This document shows, in pieces, positions 13,107-26,958 of a stretch of 64,000 nt of DNA. The notes beneath the pieces were generated by a model that did not search any database, was not told the DNA's origin, and saw only the letters and a program-made list of their open reading frames with translations. The translations under genes and the position numbers were made by a program. The stretch comes from Octopus vulgaris (taxonomy: Eukaryota): assembly GCA_951406725.2 (NCBI GenBank), contig OX597833.1, positions 67,146,001 to 67,210,000 on the forward strand. Reading direction: 5' to 3'. Numbering within the stretch: position 1 is the first letter of the stretch; each line of letters opens with the position of its first letter.

Positions 13107-13309
13107 AAGTTAATCCAAACAAATAAACATAAAAAAACACACCAACGCGAGGACGTGGAACAAATAAAGTATTATTGGACGCTCAGGAAAGAAGGAAAGA
13201 AGGAGGGTTCAACGTTTTGAGCGGAGCTCTTCGTCGGAAACAAAGGAGAAGGAAAGATCGCGAGAAGGGAAGACAGAGGAAAAAAAATTGCTGGCGGTGC
13301 TCACGAGGT

Positions 13310-13312
<3 letters not shown>
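13107..13312 (-). mobile_element. Short hammerhead-bearing repeat D2 embedded in (TA)n
   Basis: Reverse complement of 38975-39161. Motif at 13207-13241: GUUU-CCGACGA-A-GAGC(UCC)GCUC-AAAAC-GUU-GAAC. Confidence 0.75.
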
Positions 13313-13365
<53 letters not shown>

Positions 13366-13510
13366 GAGTTTATATGTCAGGGCGGATGCGTGCAAATGTT
13401 CGATGTTGGTGGATGAAACTAGAATCACACGCGCGTACACATCGGGTTTATATTCAATTGTCTCGTTTCGTGAATTTATTTAGCTACACACACTAATTTC
13501 AACTCATTTC

Positions 13511-13910
13511 TTTACTCTTTTCTTTCCTTTTTTTTTTTTTACTTGCTTCAGTCATTTGAGTGCAGCCATGCTGGAGCACCAACTTTCGTTAAAAAAAATC
13601 GTCCCCAAGACTTATTTTTTGTAAGCCTAGTACTTATTCTATCGGTCTCTAGTGCCGAACCGCTAATTTACAGGGACGTAAACACACCAGTATCGGTTGT
13701 CTAGCAACGTTGGGGGACAAACACAGACACACAAACATAAACACATGCATACGTACATATACATATATACGACGGGCTTCTTTCAGTTTCCGTCAACCTA
13801 ATCCACTCACAAGTCTTTGGTCGGCCCGAGGCTATAGTAGAAGACACTTGCCCAATTGCCACGCAGTGGTACTGAAACCTGAACCATGTGGTTGGTAAGC
13901 AAGCTACTTA
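13511..13910 (-). mobile_element. SINE family A, slightly 5'-truncated
   Basis: Collinear with the 7-426 copy up to AAGCTACTTA. Confidence 0.9.
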
Positions 13911-14055
13911 AGAAAGAGACACTCAAAATTGTATACTAATACAAGCAAGGTGGTGTCTAAATGCGTTGATCGTATATATGAGTGTGCAAGTATGTGCCTT
14001 AATGGCATTGTTATGTATATATACAGATATGTACATACACACATAGAAGCATATA

Positions 14056-14086
<31 letters not shown>

Positions 14087-14174
14087 GTAGTGAGAGAGAG
14101 AGAGAGAGAGAAAGAAAGAGAGAGATGTACTTGCATAGCGAGTGACTTGATCTGGGATCGTGTGCTGGAACAAA

Positions 14175-14332
14175 AACAATTGCAGCGTGGAAGGTGTTTA
14201 TAAGCCATTTAAGAAACACACAAAACCGTTAGATTCACTTCAACATTTAAATTTAATTTTAAATGTTGAAGTGAATCTAACGGTTTTGTGTGTTTCTTAA
14301 GTGGCTTATAGACACCTTCCACGCTATAATTG

Positions 14333-14334
<2 letters not shown>
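14175..14334. repeat. Near-perfect palindrome, 77-bp arms, 6-nt loop
   Basis: Arms 14175-14251 and 14258-14334 differ at 4 positions; the inner ~43 bp pair perfectly. Confidence 0.95.
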
Positions 14335-14384
<50 letters not shown>

Positions 14385-14442
14385 CACGCACAAACATATG
14401 TGTATATACATGTGTGTGTGTGCGTGAGTATGTTTCTGTGTT

Positions 14443-14772
14443 TTGTGAGGGCGCGTGGCTTAGTGGTTAGGGCATTCGGCTCATGATCGTAAGGTTGTGA
14501 GTTCGATTCCCGGCGACGCGTTGTGTCCTTGAGCAAGACACTTTATTTCACGTTGCTCCAGTCCACTCAGCTGGCAAAAATGAGTTGTACTTGTATTTCA
14601 AAGGGTCAGCCTTGTCACTCTCTGTGTCACGCTGATTATCCCCGAGAACTACGTTAAGGGTACACGTGTCTGTGGAGTGCTCAGCCATTTGCACGTTAAT
14701 TTCACGAGCAAGCTGTTCCGTTGATCGTATCAGCTGGGACCCTCGTCGTCGTAACCGGCGGAGTCTTTTAGA
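14443..14772 (+). mobile_element. tRNA-derived SINE group C (head1 + tail1), full length with 13-bp TSD
   Basis: A box GTGGCTTAGTGG, B box GAGTTCGATTCC, CORE-like GTGTCCTTGAGCAAGACACTT; TSD ATGTTTCTGTGTT at 14430-14442 and 14773-14785. Confidence 0.92.
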
Positions 14773-14784
14773 ATGTTTCTGTGT

Positions 14785-14967
14785 TGAGTAAACGGAGGCA
14801 GACAGAATTCTGGATAAGTCTATATTAGCGCTTTCGTTCGTTAAACGAACACTTCAAGCAAAGAATTAAGACCAAATTTAAAAGTAAAATTTAAATTTCG
14901 TCTTGAAGTTTTCGTTTAAAGTGCTAATAGAGAATTATCCAGAATTCTGACTGCCTCCGTTTTCTCA
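14785..14967. repeat. Imperfect foldback / MITE-like inverted repeat
   Basis: AAACGGAGGCAGACAGAATTCTGGATAA...TTATCCAGAATTCTGACTGCCTCCGTTT, plus nested inner inverted segments. Confidence 0.85.
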
Positions 14968-15091
14968 TATATTATCTGTACACCATCTCAAACACTTTAT
15001 ACACACCCCAACACACCCACACACATTCACACATGCGTACACGTACACTCACACACGCATAACAACGCATATATATATATATATATATATA

Positions 15092-15129
<38 letters not shown>

Positions 15130-15135
<6 letters not shown>

Positions 15136-15337
15136 TACATAGATTGATAGATAGATAAATAAATAAATAGATAGATAGGTAGATAGATAGATATATAGAT
15201 AAATAGATAAGTAGATTGATGGATTGGTTGATAGATTGATAGATAGGTATGCATGTAGATTGATAGATAGATTGATCGATGAATAAATAGATAGACTGTT
15301 AGATAAATAAATAGATAGATAAATAAATAGATAGATA
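15130..15337 (+). repeat. Degenerate (GATA)n
   Basis: Direct reading. Confidence 0.9.
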
Positions 15338-16067
15338 CAGTGGCACATAGTGCGAATTATTTCCGACTTACGTCACGTTGTCGAGAATCTTCAAAGTGAA
15401 CGCATCTCGCACACAAAGGCAGCACACTTCCCACATTGACAACATCCGAGAATGTTGACCTAAGAATTATTCCTTCATTACTGCAACTAGATTTAGAATT
15501 TCTCCATATCAAACGCATCGAAACAAGTCTGTACATTGGACATGTCGAAGCATGTAACTTAATTGGCATTTACACTACTTGTAAAGTCATATGATATGGG
15601 ATACGCGTGTAAACAAGATTTTTCTCCCTTTGTTTGCTCTTCAGTAGATTTATATGGGATTTTCTTTTCAATAGATTTCTTCATGGATTTCCATTGTAAT
15701 ATCTGAGCTTTAATTCACAGCGAAATTCTATTTCCATAATTTATGTTTATAGAAGATAACAGTCGATTTCACCCTTGCTGTAGCGCAAGCAATACATTCA
15801 ACATGAAGTCAGACGATTTTTCAAAAGCACTGCTTCCGTTATGGCGCCAACTTGTAATCTACGATAATTCTACAAGGCATAAACATTATGTATTTGGTCA
15901 TTGTGACAAAATAACTGACAATAAGGAACGCGTGACTGCGAATGCAACCGCAATATCCATACATTTACCACCATGCGAATTATTCACCACACTGCACAGG
16001 AGCACACACATCACAAAACCTAAAAGAAATTGGTAAACCTCTATATATATATACATACATACATACA

Positions 16068-16103
<36 letters not shown>

Positions 16104-16108
16104 CTTAC

Positions 16109-16160
<52 letters not shown>

Positions 16161-16177
16161 GTATGTATATCCACATA

Positions 16178-16398
16178 TTTCGTATATATAGTGTATATAT
16201 ACGTATGTATATATATATAATTTATATGTATACAAATATATATGTATATATATATGCATACAAATACATATGTAGAAAGGCATATGTATTTACGTATATA
16301 TAGTGTATATATACGTATGTATATATATGATTTATATGTATATAAATGTATATTTATACAAATACACATGTATAAAAGCATGTGTATTTACGTATATA
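16178..16398 (+). repeat. ~105-bp tandem duplication of microsatellite-derived sequence
   Basis: CGTATATATAGTGTATATATACGTATGTA...ATTTATATGTATA...CAAATAC...GCAT.TGTATTTACG occurs twice. Confidence 0.8.
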
Positions 16399-16723
16399 AC
16401 GTATTGTGGTGCTGACATTTTATATCAAGGCAAATAAGACTCTGGTGTTAACAAAGTACGATTCTCAATGATATAGTTTCCAGTTCGAATCTGCTGCGCC
16501 CCATCACATACAAACCTTTTTTTTGCTATTCTTACCTTGTTCCACTAATCATCAATCATTAAGAATTATTCACAAACTCAAGAAACGTTCACAATACTTT
16601 ACCTATAAATTAAAATGGTTGTTTCGGCATACTTTTGCTTGTTACTCGATATTTGAGCCAACACCATGTGGCCCATTACGTAAGTTTTCAACATTAATGA
16701 TAACGATGATGATGCTTCTTCTT

Positions 16724-16784
<61 letters not shown>

Positions 16785-16804
16785 TACTACTAACAATGAT
16801 TTCA

Positions 16805-16980
16805 TAAAGCGGCATTTTGTCCTTAACTTTTTGAGTTCAAATTCCACCAAGGTCGACTTTGCCTTACATTCTTTTTGGGGGTGGATAAAATAAGTGTCAC
16901 TTTAATAGTGGGGCCGATGTAATACACATACCCCGCCCCACTCTGAAATCGCTACCCTTGTTCCAAAACTTAAAACCACT
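16805..16980 (+). mobile_element. SINE family B, older subfamily (CCCTTGT..CAAAA.T.AAACC tail)
   Basis: GAGTTCAAATTCCACCAAGGTCGACTTTGCC body; preceded by (CTA)n. Confidence 0.75.
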
Positions 16981-17068
16981 GGTATTGTAATCGTAATGGT
17001 GTTCACTGGCAGTAAATAGGTATGCATTTGTATGTATGCGCTTATGTGAGTGTATGGTATATTTTTTA

Positions 17069-17299
17069 CGGTGAGCTAGCAGAATCGTTAGGACGCTGGG
17101 CGAAATGCCGAGCGGTATTTCGTCTGCCGTTACGTTCTGAGTTCAAATTCCGCCGTGGTCGACTTTGACTTTCATCCTTTCGGGGTCGATAAATTAAATA
17201 CCACTTACGCACTGGGGGTCGATATAATCGACTTAATCCGTTTGTCTGTCCTTGTTTGTCTCATCTGCGTTTAGCCCCTTGTGGGTAGTAAAGAAATAT
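17069..17299 (+). mobile_element. tRNA-derived SINE family B, full length with 12-bp TSD
   Basis: GAGCTAGCAGAATCG (A box-like), GAGTTCAAATTCC (B box), tail CCCCTTGTGGGTAGTAAAGAAATA; TSD GTATATTTTTTA at 17057-17068 and 17300-17311. Confidence 0.9.
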
Positions 17300-18880
17300 G
17301 TATATTTTTTATGGTTTGGTGGTATGCATGTTTATAGAAAAGCGGCAAAGTTTAGCGTCGATTTAGTTGCCATATTTAAAGTTAAACCAAGGCTGTGATT
17401 TCAGAAATTTATTATTTCTGATACTTTTAAGCCATATTGTTCATATGTCATTTCTATCGTTTATGTACGGACATATTTGATATGCGGATCTGACACTAGG
17501 GACATAATAATGAGGTCACCATTTTGTTGATTAACCTCGGCTTTTGATTTCGTGGTTGTAGAAAAATAGTCATTATTTCCTCTGTACCCGATGTACCCTC
17601 AGTGCATATTAGCATCCAAATATTACACACCTTAATTCTCTTTAACAGAAATCAGTACGTCGATAAGAGCTGGAAGTTAATAAGAGCATTCGTTAATGGG
17701 CAGCAAAATGGTTTTGGTAGCAGGGACTTGCTTAGCCATTTAGGAATTGCAAAAGAGTCCTATAACCTTTTAATTAGAAGCGTTTCACAAGGCTAGTATA
17801 ACATGAGAAGCGTTTCCCGAAAAAGATTTGGCCATTGATAACACATTGCCACACAAATACACACATAGAGGCATTCACACACACGGTACACAAACACACA
17901 TACACCCATATTATTTCCGCTGCAAACATTAATAACGTCGATGTCTATAGAGTAATGAGATCACTATCAGAAGAACACAAGAAAAATATCTTTTGATGCT
18001 AACTTATCTCCGATCAAAGAAGATGAATGAACATATTTAATAGATGGCGTTCGATTTTAATATTTACTGTATTAGCAAATATGGAGAACCAGCCATCAAA
18101 TGTTAAACTAAAGATTAAATAATTTGGTTCTTGTTTTGGAGTAAATTTTGGCAAATTATCAGTGAAACGTAATGGTCTGTGGTGTTTCTAAAATTATAGA
18201 CAGCGAAACAATAAATCTCTTACCGATGCCCTTTAGCTGTAGATGGCATTAAGGTGGTCGCAGGGGTAGTTATGAAAGCGATGATATAAACTTATGTGCC
18301 ATAAACAGAAACCATTATTCGGGCTTATATCGCTAACAAGAGAGATCTCTCATCGTAATATCTAGCAGTTCGTTTTAGTGGTTAGTAATATCTTTCATTG
18401 GTCAGTAGAATATCTAATTTCATTTCGGTTCAATATATTGGCATTTTATGTAAATAAAATCAAATATAGATTGCATCCCAAGTTGTAAGAAAAAGCAATA
18501 AGTACCAATAACAACAGGTAATATTCTTCAAGTGATAACATTTCACTCAACACAATATGTATAGTGGGAGTTGTAGAAGTAGTAGCAGGAATAGTGTTGT
18601 TGCTAGTGGTGGTAGTAACGTATTGATTGTTATTGTAACAGATTTATTTATTGGCAAAGAGAGGCTCATGTCCATGTTCTCTCATAATCACAGAATGTAT
18701 AGAACAAGTCATCAGTTCCGTGGATGTCTTGGACAGCGTTCTGTACCACAAGGTTTGTATATAACTATTCCAACTATTTGACTATTGTAAATTTAACGTA
18801 CGTCGTCCTTATCATTATATAAGTAGATAATGGATTTCAGACATTAACAAAATTGTTAGACATTATTTGAAATTATATAA

Positions 18881-19250
18881 AGGCGGGGAGCTGGCAGAAT
18901 CGTTAGCACGCCGGACAAAATGCTTAGCGGCATCTCGCCCGTCACTACGCTCTGAGTTCAAATTCCGCCGAGGTCGACTTTGCCTTTCAGCTATTCGGGG
19001 TCGATAAATTAAGTACCTATTTCTTAACTACCCACAAGGAGCTAAACACAGAGAGGACAAACAAGGACAGACAAACGGATTAAGTCGATTACATCGACCC
19101 CAGTGCGTAACTGGTACTTAATTTATCGGCCCCGAAAGAATGAAAGGCAAAGTCGACCTCGGCGGAATTTGAACTCAGAACGTAACGGCAGACGAAATAC
19201 CTCTAAACATTTCGCCCGGCGTGCTAACGTTTCTGCCAGCTCGCCACCTT
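18881..19250. mobile_element. Two SINE B copies fused in inverted orientation (5' part on +, full copy on -)
   Basis: 18881-19017 is the plus-strand head and body; 19014-19250 is a complete minus-strand copy; TACC is shared at the junction. Confidence 0.9.
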
Positions 19251-19309
19251 GTTCATGTGTAGATATTGTTGTATATATAAGCCTGGATGTATGTACATAA
19301 TCATATACG

Positions 19310-19405
19310 TGATTACATCGACCCCAGTGCGTAACTGGTACTTAATTTATCGACCCCGAAAGGACGAAAGGCAAAGTCGACCTCGGCGGAATTTGAACTC
19401 AGAAC
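19310..19405 (-). mobile_element. SINE B internal fragment
   Basis: Nearly identical to 19087-19180. Confidence 0.85.
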
Positions 19406-20303
19406 CCAATAGTTGCAAATGGGCCTATGGAGAGCTGATAGCTGTTTCACAAGGGTACGGAGGTCAATCTTTGTAGGATACCGCATAATTAATTAGATTC
19501 AGAGTAATAAAGATATTTTATGTTTTCTCTTTTATTTATTCATTTTGTTCTGTATTAATGAAGTGGGGGGGGGGAGAATATTCATTAAATTTTAGATCGC
19601 ATCCTATATTGAATGATGGAAACTGCTCCCAAACATTCTGTCTGAAGCCAATGCTTTCAAGAGAACAGGTTGTACTAGAACGAGATAAAATTCCTAAGTT
19701 TGCTCTTGTAGGATTTGATCCCAGGATGTAAAGATCCGTCCACAAAAAAAAAAAAAATCGCAGTGCACCAGCACTGCCGTTCTTTTCACTCTGCCTCATA
19801 ACAATACATACCAATGCTGCGACCAACACCACCATGACCTCCTCCAAACACCATCAACGCCACCTCTTCCAATGCCACAACACCAGCCAGTTTGCAATAT
19901 TAAACGCTATCTCGTATCCCAACTTATAACCAGCACAACGACTACCACCACCGTAACCACCACTAGAGTTTAAACATCCGCTAACACTTTGCCGAAGTGG
20001 ACCTCTAACGGACTCACTGACTTACGAGGATCCAGACCACAATACCTAGATATCATTGTGTCATGATGTCCATTATTCTTTCCACTCAGCGACGTTGTGG
20101 GGGCCACCCTCCTTTCCGTGGAGGCTTCTCTTTTATCACTCTATTAAGCTACATTAATAGAGTTTCGTTTAATAAGTGATAGAATATATTCCTTTGATGT
20201 TTTGGATAACGTTTATTGGTGTGCTGACTTTTAAATTAGATGTACACAGCGATAATTATAGTAATATACACACACACACACATATATATATATATTTATA
20301 TAT

Positions 20304-20378
<75 letters not shown>

Positions 20379-20392
20379 TACATATACACGTA

Positions 20393-20435
<43 letters not shown>

Positions 20436-22035
20436 GTATGGATATGTATATGTGCATATACACACACGCACAAACACATACACACACATTTATTTATCGT
20501 TGCTATTATGCGAAAGTGTCGTACGTACGAAATATTGCTTTTTTTAGAAAACGAAAAAATAGTTTCACCATTCTATAGCAAAACCGTTGTACTACACTTT
20601 GACCATTTTTCATATGTTGGCATCTGAAGCAGCTGGACATACAATAGCTTGTCCAAGAGAACCGACTATTGCAAGCAAAAATAAATATTGAAAAAAAAAA
20701 TAAAATAACGCATTTGGCCAAATTGGGACATACGAGATTTTAACATAATACCAACGATGTGTAAACTTATAGTTAGTTATACTAAAACAAACTAGCGTTC
20801 TAGAATGTAAGATATTTAGCGTGAAATTCCAACAGTATTTTTCAGTCAGTGCTTGCTTCAAAGCTTTATAGTGATATCATGAAATCTTAGTAAAGTACTA
20901 TAGTTGAATAAAGAAATTTATAATGCAAGTCCTACAGTAGGAGAATTAACAGAGTCAGTTAACGCATTGCAAAGATCGCCTCACCGTATTTGCTTACGTT
21001 CTCATTATTGAGAGCTCAGATGCCGTCGGTATCTTTCATACATTAGTGGAGGATAAAAAGTTCAAGGCAAACATTAGTAATGCAGGGTGGAAAATTGAAG
21101 AAAAGGTAATAACGGCGGTATGGGTGCATTGCGGTATTTGTTTCGGATATTTGCGTTCTGAGTTCAAATCGTCCTAGGGCCAACTTTCGAATTTTATGCA
21201 ATATATTATCCAATTCTAGTAAAACCTGTTTTTTGGAAACAATCGCTTCAGAGTACCGATCTGAGGATATATCCCACCATTCATAACAATGAGGGGAGCG
21301 ATGTAAGAATTAATAAATATTGCCACCTTTCCTGATTAAAACAGGATGGATGAATAAAGAAAAAACAAAATATAACTGCATTATTCTGAGTCTTATCAAT
21401 TACGTGAGAACCTACGAGCATTGACTGCAATAATCGTGTGAAACAGATACCAGCCCCCCGTAGGGCTCTTTGCCACTGTTGAAATATACACTCTATTTAA
21501 TTGTATATTGAATCTTTATAATAATTATGGTCATCCCTGCTCGAACCAAATTTATATTAGTAATTCTTGTCTACTTATTTCTACTGCTTCTATGAAATAT
21601 TTGTCATCGCTTCGTCACTCCTGGTTAATTATTACAGAAACTTATGGCAGAGGATTGCGTTCTGCATGGTCATGTGACTTGAAATATATACAGGCAAATT
21701 GTCACCGTCTTAAAACAACCGTAAGAGCGCGGAATATTTTACATCGGTCGCACATTCTGATAGATTTCAGAGCCTATGTCGTGTACTATCAAAAATCAAA
21801 GATGTTTGGCTATGAAAGGAAATGAAGGCGAGGGAAAATTATTTCTGAAAAATATAAACTCAAACATTGGTTGCAACATTATGACCGGGGGTCTGTCTGA
21901 TGAGATCTAACCTGCAGCTAAAGAAAAAAACAAGGAACAACAACCCAACCAACTGAGAACTCGGTTCTTCCTCTTCTGTTATTCTCAATACACTGATCAT
22001 AGCAATCATTGTTTGATATACGAGAAGGAATTAAC

Positions 22036-22448
22036 TACCTATTTCTTTACTACCCACAAATGGGCTAAACACAGAGAGGACAAACAAGGACAGACAAACA
22101 GATTAAGTCGATTATATCGACCCTAGTGCATAACTGGTACTTATTTAATCGACCCCGAGAGGATGAAAGACAAAGTCGACCTTGGCTGAGTTTAAACTCA
22201 GAACGTAACGGCAGGCGAAATACCTAATTCTTTACTTCCCACAAGGGGCTAAACTCAGAGAGTACAAACAAGGACAGACAAACGGATTAAGTCGATTATA
22301 TCGACCCCAGTGCGTAACTGGTACTTATTTAATCGACCCAGAAAGGATGAAAGGCAAAGTCGACCTCGGTGGAATTTCAACTCAGAACGTAGCGGCAGAC
22401 GAAATACCGCTAAGCATTTCGCCCGGTGTGCTAACGATTCTGCCACCT
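22036..22448 (-). mobile_element. SINE B tandem dimer
   Basis: A full copy at 22221-22448 is followed by a second unit restarting at GGTATTTCG. Confidence 0.9.
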
Positions 22449-23550
22449 GTATTGATCTCATATGATGGACTTATTCCTTGATACATTGTAAACTAAAACA
22501 GAAAAGAAAACCATTCTTGGTGCTCAAAGAAATTCTTAATCCTAATCGCATCAAACATCCTCTCCTAGCGGTCTCGGGACTTACGCTGCCTTCCAATTCT
22601 TCAATAATCGGAATTATGGCAATGCAAAGAAACCTTAGTTTCTTAATATTCTCTTTCTAAGTTTAACCTAAAACATCCAATAAAACTCAATTTGTATGAA
22701 GACAGCGCATGATTTAATAGTAAGTTCACTGCCAGAACTAGCATGGTTCTAAAACGTATATGTCGTTCCGATCTCAGTTCAATATTGGAAGCGTAGAAGT
22801 AAAAAAAAAATCTCTTGGGAAGTATTGAAAATAGCTAAACACTTGCAGAGTGATCAATTTTCCTAAAATCAAACTAAAAAGACGAAAAAAAATCTTTCTA
22901 TTACACAATATTTGATCAGTAACAAAGTTGAAATTTATATAATTTTCTCATTGGAAAGAGTTAAGATAATCGAAGTCAATCAGTTAAACTATACTGAGAT
23001 TATTTATTTCATTTATTCAATTTATACGAAGTGATTAATTACACAAAGGTGAAATATCGAAGGTAATTGTGTTACCTGTTGGATTATTCTAAATTTGGTT
23101 GACGTCAATCATGCACTCGCAGACAAATTGTCACACGTTTCCTCCATACAAGGAAAACATGGCACCTTTTTTTTCTCCATTTGATCAATGATGTCGTCAG
23201 TTTTGCTTCAAAGCTATTCTACGGGAACAAAACAGAGTGTTGTTCTAATATTAAACAAATATATTAATATTAACAGTACGAAACAAGGAAAAACAAAATA
23301 AAGTTTAAAAAAATTCGTTGCTTTTGATCAATGATTCTGGTGCCTCTGGTGCCGACTTAATGGTAGTGGCATTCGTGACATACACACATTCACATACGCA
23401 GAGAACGGTACTACATTGTTTGCCAATCTCTTCATGAATATGTGTGAATGTATGCGTGTGTGGGCTTGTAGATTTATACATGTACAAGTTGTGTGTATGT
23501 AACATGTATGTATAGCTATATGTGTATATATATATATGCAAGTGTGTGTA

Positions 23551-23601
<51 letters not shown>

Positions 23602-23663
23602 GCATATATATATATATGTGTATATATATATATGCATGTTTATATTCTTTTGCTATGCGTTTA

Positions 23664-24138
23664 TTCGTTTACTTCCTTCAGTCATTTGACTGCGGCCATG
23701 CTGGTGCATCCTTTTCAATGAATGGGTTTAGTCGAACAGATAGACACCAGGTCTTTATGTTTTTTTTTACTGCCTATTATTTATTCTATCGGCTCGTTTG
23801 CCGAACCGCTAGATTACGGTAATATAAACACACCAAAACCAGTTGTAAAGAGGCAACGGGAGGGTGGTGGATAGGAACAATTCCAAAAGATACACACACA
23901 CACATATACATATATTCTTTTGTTTTAGTCTCTTACTTGTTTCAGTCATTTGACTGTGGCCACGCTGCAGCACCGCCTTTAGTCGAGGAAATCGCGCCAA
24001 GAGCTTATTCTTTGTTAGCCTAATACTTATTCTATTGGTCTTTTTTGCCGAACTGCTAAATTACGGTGGTCGTAAATACACCAACATCGGTTGTCAAGAG
24101 ATGTTGAGGGGACAAACACAGACACACGAACATACATT

Positions 24139-24184
<46 letters not shown>

Positions 24185-24280
24185 CGACGGGCTTCTTACA
24201 GTTTCCAATTACCAAATTTATTTACAAGGCCTTGTTCGGCCCGACGCAATAATAGATGATACTTGCCCAAGGCGCCACAC
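23664..24280 (-). mobile_element. Two SINE A copies: 3' half (23664-23900) and 5'-truncated copy (23915-24280)
   Basis: CAGTCATTTGACTG.GGCCA occurs twice, each with collinear downstream sequence. Confidence 0.85.
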
Positions 24281-24333
24281 ATGTATATTATATATCAGTG
24301 TGTGTATGTAAAAATATATATGCAAATATATGA

Positions 24334-24435
24334 GAGGCAAAGTCGACCTCGGCGGAATTTGAAGTGAAAACATAAAGACGGACAAAATACCACCAAACAT
24401 TTCGTCCGGAATGCTAAAGATTCTTCCAGCTCCGG
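24334..24435 (-). mobile_element. SINE B 5' fragment
   Basis: GGCAAAGTCGACCTCGGCGGAATTTGAA...CATTTCGTCCGG. Confidence 0.75.
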
Positions 24436-25649
24436 CATTACATATAGAACTTTATCATATTGGACATTCATTTAAAGTTGTTTTTCCTGCACGACACAAA
24501 TATTTCTAATTAGATAATTGCTTAATACTAATTTAACTGGGTTTTTTTCTTTCTTTCTTTTTTTTTTGCGATAATGATATCCCTGAGGAATTAAACATCA
24601 CAGATATTTTGTAATTCTGTTAGAAATCTTAAGTCTCGATTTTAAAATCAAGACTTATTACAAATTTTAATGCTATTTCCATTCTATGACCATTGGCATG
24701 CAGCATTTTCTTTTTTTTGTTTTTTTGTTTTTTTGTGTCTCCGTTTTTTTTTTTTTTTTTTCACTTTGACTCTATACAACAGGGATTATGAATGGCTTTG
24801 ATAATGTTTCAGTCAAAAGCCGAAGTATTACATTACTCAAACATTGTGTATGGAAATATTTATAAAAATTCAAATAAAATTTAAATTCAATAACTTAGAA
24901 AAAAAACCAAAAAACAAGAATACAGAAAAATATTGCTTACTTGTAATAAATCATTCTTCTACAAAAAAAAAAAAAAAAACCCCTGAATAACACGAGCTTC
25001 AAAACATTCGAGAAAAAATGAGTATTTTTTAAATCATATTCAATAGATTTCTTTTACAATCCCTGGCGCTCTCACTTGTTCGCTGTGATGTATGACTGCG
25101 CTTTGGTTTTTACCATTTGTGAGACACTAGTCTTACACAGTAAACTATATGTCAATTACGTTTACAATTATATGTAAGATTTCCTATTTTCCCATCTGTT
25201 CTTCTGTTCATTTCAAAAATCTGACAAATTCTCTTTACCGTTTATGTTGCACCGTCATTCTACAAATTGTACGTCGAGATTGAAAATAATGTTAGTTGTC
25301 TCTAGATTTTTCCTTGCTGAAGCAATACACATACATAATGTCAATGTACATACAGATATCCATATTTATTATACAGAGTGCAATATGTAAATTGTCACCA
25401 TTTCAATGTTTTTAATTTATCGTATGCGCGTTGTTTGTTTTTGACTGTCGACTACGCAGTATAATAGGGTCAGTTGGGCACCGTCTGTGAGAGAAACAGC
25501 ACCATGACGCAATTAACTCTGCCAGAAATCTGAAACGACATGCTGTAGTGCTTGGCTTTCATGCTCCAGTATGAACATTTCAGAGCTTTTGTGTGTCATA
25601 TATATATATATATATATTTATTTACACATATATATATATATATATATAT

Positions 25650-26076
25650 ACTCTTTACTCTTTTACTCTTTTATTTGTTTCAGTCATTTGACTGCGGCCA
25701 TGGTGGAGCACCACCTTTAGTCGACCAAATCGACCCCTGGACTTATTCTTTGTAAGCCCAGTACTTATTCTATCGGTCTCTTTTGCCGAACCGCTAAGTG
25801 ATGGGGACGTAAACACACCAGCATCGGTTGTCAAGCAATGCTAGGGAGACAAACAAAGCCACACAAACACACACACTTACATATATATATATATAATATA
25901 TATATACATATATATACGACATGCTTCTTTCAGTTTCCGTCTACCAAATCCACTCACAAGGCATTGGTCGGCCCGGGGCTATAGCAGAAGTTACTTGCCC
26001 AAGATGCCACGCATTGGGACTGAACCCGGAACCATGTGGCTGGTTAGCAAGCTACTTCCCACACAGCCACTCCTGC
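25650..26076 (-). mobile_element. SINE family A, full length
   Basis: Collinear with the 7-426 copy. Confidence 0.9.
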
Positions 26077-26127
26077 ATATAGATACATAGGGCAAAGCGC
26101 AAAAGAGAAATCTTTGGCCAAGAATGA

Positions 26128-26420
26128 TCATGGGATTGCACCTAGAAAGTTACCTTCCGAGGCACAAATCTGGGAAAGATTTTGTTTATGTAAGATCACC
26201 AGTTGCCAATGGTTACCGGTCTCAACGCCGCAGGTGTTATCCAAGGGAAAGGCAAAACGCCGATACAGGTTGGCATGAGTGACGTAGCGACTCATTTCTA
26301 CAACTGAGTGAAGTGGGGTAACGTGAAATAAAGCGTCTTGCTGAAGAACACAACACACAGTCTGGTCCAGGGACCGAAATCACCATGATTTCCTGATTAT
26401 GAACCCGACTCTCCTACGCT
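26128..26420 (-). mobile_element. SINE group C (head1 + tail2), degenerate
   Basis: Reverse complement of 41740-42035. Confidence 0.8.
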
Positions 26421-26695
26421 GACATTGTGAATCTAATATAGGCACAGGCGTATAAGTACGTATGTATGAATGTATTATGCATATATATGTATATATACGC
26501 ATGTTTACTGACACACTTTCACACACGTATGACGTCATATAGACATATATGTACGAATTTATCATTACATATGTATGCGTAAGCACCCATATATTTTATA
26601 CATTGATGCATACACATGCACATATATTTACACACACACACACACACACATATATTTATTTACACACACACATGTATATACACATACAGAGAAAC

Positions 26696-26958
<263 letters not shown>

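Noticed and set aside
14447-14525. tRNA-like sequences with A/B boxes (also 41722 and 50090)
   Set aside because: They lack a complete acceptor stem and continue into SINE bodies with TSDs, so they are SINE heads rather than tRNA genes.
15743-16036. 97-aa non-repetitive ORF
   Set aside because: No recognisable motif or supporting exon context; the length is compatible with chance.
22036-22448. Regularly recurring repeats suggestive of a CRISPR array
   Set aside because: These are SINE tandem units in eukaryotic DNA, with no constant-length repeat-spacer structure and no cas genes.
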